A stretch of 63,636 bases of DNA, filler included, from Reclinomonas americana ATCC 50394 (Eukaryota), in the NCBI GenBank assembly GCA_048213135.1. It is 8 parts of 5 records of this genome, joined end to end, with 100 filler letters (N's around TTAATTAATTAA, not from the genome) between each part and the next. Parts side by side here need not be neighbours in the genome. Positions count along the whole stretch, not along the records: positions 13,157 to 16,961 come from PS015372.1; positions 17,062 to 21,227 come from PS015372.1; positions 21,328 to 30,580 come from PS015373.1; 5 more parts are not named here. One strand, 5' to 3'. Below, one piece after another: positions 13,587 through 24,200 of the stretch (positions within the stretch are counted from its first letter, which is position 1; every line of letters starts with the position of its first letter). The position numbers and the translations under genes are program-made. The notes beneath the pieces are model-generated. The model searched no databases, was not told the origin of the DNA, and saw only the letters and a list, made by a program, of their open reading frames with translations.

Positions 13587-14334
13587 NNNNNNNNNNNNNN
13601 NNNNNNNNNNNNNNNNNNNNNNNNNNNNNNNNNNNNNNNNNNNNNNNNNNNNNNNNNNNNNNNNNNNNNNNNNNNNNNNNNNNNNNNNNNNNNNNNNNNN
13701 NNNNNNNNNNNNNNNNNNNNNNNNNNNNNNNNNNNNNNNNNNNNNNNNNNNNNNNNNNNNNNNNNNNNNNNNNNNNNNNNNNNNNNNNNNNNNNNNNNNN
13801 NNNNNNNNNNNNNNNNNNNNNNNNNNNNNNNNNNNNNNNNNNNNNNNNNNNNNNNNNNNNNNNNNNNNNNNNNNNNNNNNNNNNNNNNNNNNNNNNNNNN
13901 NNNNNNNNNNNNNNNNNNNNNNNNNNNNNNNNNNNNNNNNNNNNNNNNNNNNNNNNNNNNNNNNNNNNNNNNNNNNNNNNNNNNNNNNNNNNNNNNNNNN
14001 NNNNNNNNNNNNNNNNNNNNNNNNNNNNNNNNNNNNNNNNNNNNNNNNNNNNNNNNNNNNNNNNNNNNNNNNNNNNNNNNNNNNNNNNNNNNNNNNNNNN
14101 NNNNNNNNNNNNNNNNNNNNNNNNNNNNNNNNNNNNNNNNNNNNNNNNNNNNNNNNNNNNNNNNNNNNNNNCAAACAAACAAGAGAGAGTGAGTGAGTGA
14201 GGATGCATGCAAAGTGAGAATGCATAAAGTTGGAACCTTGCGTCGTGGCATTGCGGGTAGAGAGAGTTGATTGGAGGGAGGGGGCGCGAGGAGTGGAGTC
14301 GACAAGCGCACGCGCGAGGAATGCAAAATGTGGT

Positions 14335-15078
14335 GAAATATTCTTCGGAAATTTCATGATCAAGTTTGCGGTTTTTGAATACGTCCTTGCTTTTGTGGCG
14401 TTGCGGGGAAACGGAGAGAGTTGACTAGAGACTAACGCGGAAGAGGTACATATGCTGTGAAATGCAAAATGTGGGGAAAATATTCTTTGGAAATTTCAAG
14501 TTGCGGTTTTGAATATGGCTTTCTTGCAATTGCGTCTTGGCATTGCGGGGGAAGGGAGGCAGTGGGTTGAAGGCACGGGGGAACTGAGAAGTGCGTGTGG
14601 GGCAAGCTTCGAGAATTTATACTTCGGAATTGTCCAATTCATATTGCGGTTTGTGTGTGCGGTGAGTGCGTGCATTGTGCATGAGTGCGTTGCGCTGCGT
14701 GTTGCTATTTTGTCATGTGCGTGTGCTGCGAGTCATGGCGATGAATGGGAATATTCGTCGGAAAATTCAGTGTCGTCATGACTGTGAAGCCATGGTGGGT
14801 TGCGGCGAGTGAACTCAGCGGAGGATGTGTTTGTTAGTGCATTGTGAATGCGCTGCGCGTGCGTATGCGGGAGCAGAAGCAGAGGTGGCCGTGAACGGCG
14901 AAATATTCCCTTCGGAAATTTCGTAATCATTGACGAAATACTGCGGCGGCATGTGTACAAAGTACGCTTGAGGCGGCGGCGGTCGTGTGTGAGTGTGAGT
15001 AGAAGCACATTGGCTGCGTGCGCGTGCAACTTGCTGGCAAGAAAGAGAACAGCGATGAAACATTCCTTGGAAACATTC
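14335..15078. repeat. Array of six imperfect palindromes (consensus about GAAATATTC-TTCG-GAAATTTC), 135-157 bp apart
   Basis: Copies start at 14335, 14476, 14611, 14749, 14900 and 15057. Confidence 0.75.
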
Positions 15079-15152
15079 ACGCGTTTTTCTTGCTCTACGT
15101 TCTCTCTTCCCACTGCCTCTCTCTCTCACCCTCTCTTCCTCCCTTCAACCTC

Positions 15153-16217
15153 TCACGCCGCGCGCTGCGGCTCCACGAAGCTGCCGAGGAAGCGCACGAG
15201 GCGATCCCACAGCGAGCCGATGATGGTCGGGCAGTACTGGTGGTGGAAAATGCGATCGGCAAACATGCGCGTGCGCATGAAACCGCGGCGCGTCAGCTCG
15301 CTCGTCACGTAGCGCATGCGCATCACCTGCCAGTACACAAACATGACCAGGAAGCTGCGCTGCGGACTGCGCACGGGAAAAGGGAGGGAGGGAGATGAGT
15401 GCACGTCTTCACAACCCATCGTCTCTCCCCACAGACACGCAACGTAAACATGTGGAAAATCAGCAGCACGCCGACCACCACCTCGGCCTGGCCCGCCATG
15501 TCGCCGAGCGCGCCCATGTTCAAGCGGATCTTGCTCATCAGCGAGTCCACCGAGCCGTGCAGGGACGCCAGCGGCGTGCCCTTCAGGCAGTCGATCGAGT
15601 AGGCCAGGTTGCCGATTGCAAACAGCGTCAGCGGCACCACAATGACTGTGAGTGTGCGGCATTCGGGTAAGTTTGAGGGGGAGGGGAATAGGCGGGGGAA
15701 CAGGGACGCAACAGTTGAATGTCGGCGCAAACATGAAGAACACAAAAGCGATGAAGAGGTACTGCGCATTGTCGTTTGAGCGCAAGCGGTCGAAGCGGTC
15801 CTTCCACGACGCGGCACGGAGGTCGGTATCGTTCTGCGCGCACGGTGGTGAGGACACGAGGAATGGGGGAAGAGGGAAAAGGGAGACAGCCAGCCACTCA
15901 CCATGATCAGGTCGACCACATTCAGTCCGTACGCCGACATGGCAAACATGACGCAGTACCGCGTGCACGTGTACGACAGCCACATAGAGAAGGGCTGGAA
16001 GCCGAGGAAGCCGGTGATGACCACGGCGGCGTTCAACAGCAGCGACACGTACTGTCGCCAGTCGGCGCGACCGGAGGATTCGGCGGTGGATGACGACGAC
16101 GAAGAAGGGGGTGGCGGTGGTGCCGAAGAGGCGGATGATGATGGTGGTGGTGGTGGTGGCGCGGAGGCGGAGGCGGAGGAAGAGGGCGGGGAGGAGGAGG
16201 AGGAGGAGGACGGTGAT
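15153..16217 (-). CDS. TMEM33/Pom33-like ER/nuclear-pore membrane protein; start not resolved
   Basis: RLRSNDNAQYLFIAFVFF, IVVPLTLFAIGN and RSFLVMFVYWQVMRMRY...CPTII resemble UPF0121 motifs; several hydrophobic segments. Confidence 0.7.
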   Translation of the reverse strand: MTVLLLLLLPALFLRLRLRATTTTTIIIRLFGTTATPFFVVVIHRRILRSRRLATVRVAAVERRRGHHRLPRLPALLYVAVVHVHAVLRHVCHVGVRTECGRPDHGEWLAVSLFPLPPFLVSSPPCAQNDTDLRAASWKDRFDRLRSNDNAQYLFIAFVFFMFAPTFNCCVPVPPPIPLPLKLTRMPHTHSHCGAADAVCNRQPGLLDRLPEGHAAGVPARLGGLADEQDPLEHGRARRHGGPGRGGGRRAADFPHVYVACLWGETMGCEDVHSSPSLPFPVRSPQRSFLVMFVYWQVMRMRYVTSELTRRGFMRTRMFADRIFHHQYCPTIIGSLWDRLVRFLGSFVEPQRAA

Positions 16218-16333
16218 CTGTGTTGGGAGAGAGGGAGAGGGAAGAGGAAGGGTGAGATTAAGATGGAGGGAAGAAGGAGGGGAGTGCGTCCCTCTAACTC
16301 TGTCTCTGCCTTGACGGTTCTCTGTCAGTCTCT

Positions 16334-16375
<42 letters not shown>

Positions 16376-16877
16376 TCTCCGTCGGGCGAGATTACAGGCA
16401 TCAGACTCTCCTCGATCTTCTCTCACTCTCGTCCTCCTAACTCGTCCCTCTATGCTCTCAGTCTTCGCCTCTATGCTTCATCTGATGCACAAGTCTTTGT
16501 GCCTTCTCTCATGTCGTGCCTCTCTCAATGACAAATCAAATGCAACAGTGCGCATTCCACACCCACACAAAAACGCAACGAAGCACCGCCTGCCGCCGCC
16601 GCAACCAAGCTCATGTCAAAGTCCGGGTCCACACATTCCCTGCAAGAGAGACAGAGTGAGAGTGAGAGAGAGACAAACAATGAGGGGAGTTGCGTCACAA
16701 ACAAAAACACAAACACACACACACACACATACACACACACACACACACACATGATAGCGTTTGCACAATGCAACTGAAGGCATGGGAGACAGCAAGACAC
16801 AAAAGAGACAAGGCAACTTGAGTCTCTCACTCTCTCTCCCCAATCTCACACACACTCCCTCTCACTCCATCACCCTC

Positions 16878-16946
<69 letters not shown>

Positions 16947-17061
16947 CTACTCTCTCTCGTCNNNNNNNNNNNNNNNNNNNNNNNNNNNNNNNNNNNNNNN
17001 NNNNNTTAATTAATTAANNNNNNNNNNNNNNNNNNNNNNNNNNNNNNNNNNNNNNNNNNNN

Positions 17062-17430
17062 CCTCTCCTATGATCTCTTCGATGGAGTGACCTCCGTGCT
17101 TGGATTCGCTTGTTTGCGTTTGCCATTGCGATTTGTCTTGCATGATAGGTGTTCTTTGTCGTGTTCTTCTCCTGGTCTCTCCGCTCATGCGTGGCATGCT
17201 TGTTTCCGCCTTGTTCGCATCCCCTCCTGTGCATTTCTTCAATGGAGCCTTCTCCGTGTTTGGATTCGCTTGTTTGCGTTCGCTGTGTGAGAAGGGTGTC
17301 CTTCTGCACTCGCGGATTCTCCGCGCATACTTGACATGCTTGTTTCCTCCTTAGTTGCATGACTTCCTATGCATCTCTTCGACGGAGCCTTTTCGTTTTT
17401 GGATTCGCTTGTTTGCTTTCGTTCGTGAGG
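17062..17430. repeat. Degenerate tandem repeat (three units)
   Basis: Recurring tggattcgcttgtttgc and tc(t)tc-a-ggag blocks. Confidence 0.7.
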
Positions 17431-17447
17431 GACCGTGCGATCGTTGT

Positions 17448-20400
17448 ATGCCGCAGATCCTCTCTATTCTTCACTCCACTCGCGTGCGTTGCAGCACACA
17501 ACTAAGATCCCAGCGATTTGCTTCCTCTTCACGCTGTCATGTCGCCCTCATGTTGCTCCCCTCTCTCCCCCTTCCCTCACTTCCCTCCCTTCCCCCCTCT
17601 CCACAGCATTCCCGAATCCGCCGAACTGCGCACTCTCTACCGCTCGTACCTCGACCAGGTGCTGGAGGGCATTGTGTTTGAGAGCGAATTGTGCGCCCCG
17701 GCCTCCTCGACCTCCTCCTCCGCCCGCCCCGCCATGCACGTATCGCCGCCGCGAGCAGCACGCGTGCCACGTCACAGCGCTGCGGACGGCGACGACGACG
17801 ATGATGAGGACGACGGCGAGGACGACATTGACGAGGACTCGGCGGGCGGAGCACGGCGAAGTTTCGTCTTTTTCACTCGCTCTGTCTTGTACTGTCGTCA
17901 CCAACAAACGTGCCCCCACAGACGGCACTCCCGCCTCCTTCGACTCGGACGACCAGGATCCGGCCGTGCTGGCCGCCTCCTTCTGGAAGGCGGTGGTGCT
18001 GATGCTGCACGCCACCTTTGTCAAGTCGGATTTGCACACGAATGTGCTGACCAACTTCCCCCGCGACTTGTGCATTCGTGGCCGCAAGGTCAAGTGGGTG
18101 CCGGGATCGCACGAAACGTCGGCCAGCGTTGCGTAACTGCGATGCAGAGAAGGTTGTCTTTGCCTCACCCTCACCTTTCCAATTTGCATTCTCGCAGGGT
18201 GGCGGCTGGGTCTGCAGCGAGTCCGTGGNNNNNNNNNNNNNNNNNNNNNNNNNNNNNNNNNNNNNNNNNNNNNNNNNNNNNNNNNNNNNNNNNNNNNNNN
18301 NNNNNNNNNNNNNNNNNNNNNNNNNNNNNNNNNNNNNNNNNNNNNNNNNNNNNNNNNNNNNNNNNNNNNNNNNNNNNNNNNNNNNNNNNNNNNNNNNNNN
18401 NNNNNNNNNNNNNNNNNNNNNNNNNNNNNNNNNNNNNNNNNNNNNNNNNNNNNNNNNNNNNNNNNNNNNNNNNNNNNNNNNNNNNNNNNNNNNNNNNNNN
18501 NNNNNNNNNNNNNNNNNNNNNNNNNNNNNNNNNNNNNNNNNNNNNNNNNNNNNNNNNNNNNNNNNNNNNNNNNNNNNNNNNNNNNNNNNNNNNNNNNNNN
18601 NNNNNNNNNNNNNNNNNNNNNNNNNNNNNNNNNNNNNNNNNNNNNNNNNNNNNNNNNNNNNNNNNNNNNNNNNNNNNNNNNNNNNNNNNNNNNNNNNNNN
18701 NNNNNNNNNNNNNNNNNNNNNNNNNNNNNNNNNNNNNNNNNNNNNNNNNNNNNNNNNNNNNNNNNNNNNNNNNNNNNNNNNNNNNNNNNNNNNNNNNNNN
18801 NNNNNNNNNNNNNNNNNNNNNNNNNNNNNNNNNNNNNNNNNNNNNNNNNNNNNNNNNNNNNNNNNNNNNNNNNNNNNCGCACCCGGAGACCTTCCGCATG
18901 CCGCGCACCACCACACGCTCGCCCACCTCGTCCGAGGAGGACGGGGCGGCAGACGATGACGACGGCAGCACGGGAAAGCAGCACACTGTCAGCTCCGATG
19001 GCGACAAGTCGCTCGGCAGCGGCGGCGAGGTCCGTGAGGTGCCCGACAGCGACGACGAGGACGATGACGATCCTCGCGGACCGCCCTCGGCCCTCCGCTC
19101 GTCCATGCGTCCGGGTGGTTCCGGCTCTGGTGGCGGCCACAAGTCTTCACGCGGCATGCCTGGCGAGATTCCGCCACCGCCAGTGCCGCGCGGGTGGAAT
19201 GGCGGTGACTCGCGCATGGGCTCCTCGGTGTCGTATCCGGGTCCGCGTAATGTCAGCTTCTCGCCTCCGACCGGTCCGCCGTTCGGCGGTGCGTCAATGC
19301 CACCCGGCAGCACCTCGGTGAATGTGTCGCTGTCGGCGTCGGGTCCGCTGCGCCAGGACAAGTCGCACATGGCACCGCAGCAGTGGCAGCGTTGCGTGTA
19401 TTTGTCAAGACCTTGATAGTTCTCTTTTTTCAATGAGGTGCTGATGATTCGTGTAGATCCACCCGAGCACATGCGCCGACCGCCAGCCATGTCGTTGCAA
19501 ACGTCGTCCAGTGATTCCACGTCGGAGTTGCAGGTGCCGTCGCATCAGGCGCTTGCGGATCGCGCACAGCACGCCTTTGCCAAGAGCCAGCGCTTGTACT
19601 ACTTGCCGAAGTGAGTCATTGCGCATGGGAGTAGAGAGATTGAGAGGGAGAGACAAGCAGAGAGTGTGTGCATGAGTGTGTGTTGTGTGTGTCTCACCTC
19701 CTTCGCTGCTCACAGGGAATTCCACATGGAGGTCTCACTGTCGTCGGAGCCCGAGGCAGATCCGCACAGAAGGTAATGCGGGAAGGAGAAGGGGGAAGAG
19801 TGGGGGAAGAGAAGGGGGAAGAGAAGGGGGGAGAGAGGGGGGAAGAGAGGGGAAGAGAGGAGAGAGAGAGGGCAAATGAGAACAAGCAAGTACGTTGACA
19901 GAGTCAGCAGGTGGCCTTCTCCTTCCCCTTATCTTCCCCCCTTCTTCTTCCCCTTCTCTTCCCCACTTNNNNNNNNNNNNNNNNNNNNNNNNNNNCGTTG
20001 GAGGGGCTTGAAAAGTTGCGCCTTGTCGGTGGTGGACCTCTCTCACCTGAGAAGCCAAACAAATCTCATGCTCTCTCCCCCTTTCGCACACAGGGACCTG
20101 CGCACGATGCTGCTGTGCGGTCACGTCAGCTCGTTCGAGCTGATGGAGCGCCTGCTCATCTCGCTGCAGGGCCACGTGAACTCGACCACGCGTGACACGT
20201 GCGTGCGCCTGCTCAACATGCTGTACGACGGGCATCACTGGCAGGTCGACGAGGCCATGAAGCCGCAGGCGTGTGCCATTGGTGACACGCTCTCCATCTC
20301 GATTACCTCCAAGGTCGACGACGCGCCAGCCGAGGGCAGGTTTGTGTGCGGGCAGAAGATTGTCGCTGTTGTCAGTTCAGTTGCCTAAAGCACTTTTGCT

Positions 20401-21188
20401 TTCTGTTTGTGTTCAGTGTGGTCATCGCCAACGAGAGCAGTGGCGACGGACAGTGGCAAATCACATTTGGCGTGGCCGGCCATCACAGCCTGCACGAGCC
20501 CAAGTACGAGCGTGTCAAGGGTGGACTGGAGGAGTCGCCGGCGTGCTTTGAGGTTTGAGGCAAAGCTCTCTTATGTCTCATTTATGTGTGCTGACTCTGC
20601 TTCACACGTGTACCAGAACCTTGTGTTGGAGTTGCACGTTCCGAGTCCCGATGCTGCCTGCCGCCAGCCACACGTGCACACGGCGACGCCGGTGTTGGTG
20701 CCCGCTGAGCTCTTTGTGCGCCGCTCGCGTGCCGGAGAGGAGGAATCGTTGCGCTCCTCTTCCCTCTTTTCAGTATCATGTGTGCGTGCCATTGACATGC
20801 GCCCCCCCTCATTAACGGCAGGTCGGCCACGCTGGAGTGCAACTACGGCATTCTGCCGTTCTCACGCTGCGGTTTCTACGACTACCGTTTGGTGCGCGTC
20901 AATCGCGAGGGTGGAGCCATTCAGACGCTGGCGCACGGCCGCTTTGTGGTCACCGCACCGGTACAGCAGCACATTGTGCACGAAGTGTGGGTCGACATCG
21001 AACACGCGCACTGGAATGCGCAGACCAACCGCATGACTCGGCATGGAAGTTTCGAGGCGGTGGCACGTTGCATCCCGCAGTATCGCGCGCTGGGCATCAC
21101 GACGTTGCGTTCGGGGGGCGAGAGGGAAGGGGAGGAGGGGTAAAGAAGAGAGAGATAAGAAAAGGCAGAGAGCAAGAGAGAGAAAGAG

Positions 21189-21227
<39 letters not shown>

Positions 21228-24200
21228 NNNNNNNNNNNNNNNNNNNNNNNNNNNNNNNNNNNNNNNNNNNNTTAATTAATTAANNNNNNNNNNNNNNNNN
21301 NNNNNNNNNNNNNNNNNNNNNNNNNNNTCTCCCCCTCCTTCCCTCTCCTCATTCCCCTCCTTCCCTCTCCTCATTCCCCTCCTTTCCCTCATTTCTAATC
21401 CTTCCCCTCACTTCATCTATCGCGCGCAGTCTGGTCATCCTGGGCGCCATGGAACGACCCTCGGTACACCCACACCCGCCAGTGGACCGTGCCATTCCCT
21501 CGCAGAGTTGCGCACCACTACTCTTTTTTATCACTCCCCTCTTCTCTCTCTCTCTCTCGCTTCTCACTGGCACTTTTCGCAGAATGCGGTGGCGTGGCTG
21601 GCTTCCAGAAGCTGGTGGACGAGGCGCACAACCACGGCATGCTGGTGGTTGTCGACTGCACGCTGGGCATTAGTGCGCGGAAGATGCACCGCAAGTATGT
21701 GCCGCTGGTGTGCTATTCGTCGGACGAGTACGGCCGCCTGATTCCGCATGTTACGCTCTCTTTGTTTCATTATTTCCGTGCACCGTAGCTTACACACTCG
21801 CTTTGTGTTTCAGTTTGCTGGCGACAAGCGCGACGACGAGACCGTTGAAGACATGCCCGAGTCGGTGCTGCTCAACTTCCGCAAGAAGGCCACGTGGGAC
21901 AACCTGTGCGAAGACATTTTGGCCTGGCCCACACGCTACGGTATCGACGGCGTGCGGCTGGAGCACTCGGACGGCTTCCCGGCGCTCTTCGAGCCGGACC
22001 TGCTCGAACTGATGCGTCTGGATCCCGACAACGTGCAGCATTACACCAATCAGGAGATTATCGACGGGCACGTGGTGCTGCCGGCCAAGGCCAGCAAGCG
22101 CGAACTCAGCTTCTGGGGCACGAAGGTGATGTCGGCGCTCACTGCCGCAGGATACACGCAAGGTTGCTGACAGAGTGATTGTGAGGCAGGCAAGTGAGAC
22201 GTACCCGAACCCGCTGCTTGTGCGCTTGGTCCGCTCGGTGTGGAAGCAGGCGCATCGTTTCCTCGTTCTCGGCACGTGCAACTGGAAGTTTGAGCACGCC
22301 CAGATCCTCTCCGGTGCGTCGCTCCGTTGTCACTCGCCTCACTATTTAGCCGTACGCTGACAGCCACCGCTCCCGCAGGCGTTGTCCCGATCACCAAGCA
22401 GCTGAGCACCACTCTGCGCCAGATCCTGAGTCCCGACCCGAAGGGCAAGAACAAGCCGTGGGAGATTCTCAAGTGCGTCTTTGCTTCCCCGTCTCTCCCC
22501 CCAGTATTTGCCATTCTCTTACGCCCTCGCGCTGCGCAGCGAGTACTTTGAGCGTGAGCATTTGCGTGCTCTCGGTGCCGTGCAGCACGTCGCCCTCATG
22601 TCGACCGAGTACGGAGTGCCGCCACACAAGGCCTTTGGTCATGCCGTGTCGGCGTATATTGATTTGATGTTTGCGCTGCCGGAGGTGCCGTGCACGTTCA
22701 GTGGCGAGCAGGAAGGCAAGTACAGGGCGGGAGCTCGTGCGTGCGGGGAAAAATGAGAGATCTTACTCCTTTTCCCTTCGACTGGCAGGTCGCATCTGGA
22801 AGATCAACATCAAGGACGGCAGCCGACTGACGTCGACCGACTCGCACCAGAGTGCACGGTCGCTGCAGTCGCATTACCGGTGAGTCTACTGTGTTGCATC
22901 TCTCCTCCTCCTCAGAAAGAAAGAGCTCAACATTGTGCCATTTGCGCAGCACGGCCTCGGAGCTGCGTCAAAAGCTGGCTCCGCTCCGCCGCGGTGTCAT
23001 TCGTGTGATTCGCACGTACCTCAACTGGCAGGAGATCCACACCGTCATCTCCTTCGCTCGCTACCTGCCAGGCGAGGGTGAAATGTCGGTGTTCGCCACC
23101 AACATCACCCCAAAGCCGCAGTGGTTCTACATGAACTGCGTGCCGCTCGAGGACATGTTGCCGCCCAATCGGTTGTATGAAGTGCGCGAGGTCGTGCACG
23201 CCAACTCGCATGTGGAGGTGAGAAGAGGGAAGGATGGAGAAGGCAGGGGGGAAGGCGGAGTGCATTTATCTGACCTCGTTTGCGCAGTACTTGTCAACAT
23301 CGGAAGTGTGCCACGAGAGCCATTTGTATCACCTGCCGCCGTACTCATCGCTGTGTATCCATGTGCGCATCATGCCCGAGAACATGAGCACGCAGCGCTT
23401 GCTGTATGAGAGCTCCATGCGACGCCTCGACGCCATTCTGCGCAACAAGACCAGCGATCCGCGTCAGAACATGTTGTACCAGCATATTACTGGGTGCGTG
23501 GTGGTGAAAAGGAGGAGGAGTGTCGGGGAAAGAGAGCGTCTGTGTAAGGGGAGAGGGAGAGAGAGAGCGAGAGAGAGAGAGAGAGAGACTGGAGGTAGAG
23601 ACACATTGAGACAAAGATGTGAGAGTATGTGCGTATGCTTGCACACTCTGCGAGCGTGAGTGGCAGCGTGAGTTGTGATCGTGTGCTCACATATTTGCAT
23701 GTGAGTGACAGAGTGTGTTTTATGTGCGAGAAAGAGAACAATTGCGTACGTGTGCGTCTGTGTTTTGTGCGTGAGGAAGAGAACAAGAGCGTTCTTTGTC
23801 GTGATCTGCGTTTACCACTCTGACACCATCGTTTGTTCTGTTTTTTTGTCGCGCAGCTCGTTGAGCTCGTTCGAGGCCTTTGAGAGCATGATCTCGCAGC
23901 TGCAGACGCTGCTTCCGCCCGTGTCCGATCCACATGCGCTGCCGAATCTGCTGCAGCGCGTGCTCTACCATGCCTCCAAGGACGACGCGGTGTTAGAGGT
24001 TTGCGTTTTTTCTTGGAAATGAGACCGACGCAATGACTGTGCCTCACAGTCTCTCTCTCCCTTCACCTCAGAAACGCTGCGTGGATTTCCTGCGTCGTGG
24101 TGCGCGCACCAGCTATCTGCGTCTGTACGAGCAAATCATCGAGTCGAACAAGATGGGACCGGTGGTGTTTGTGACCCCCGAACTGGCGCCGTGGTCCACC

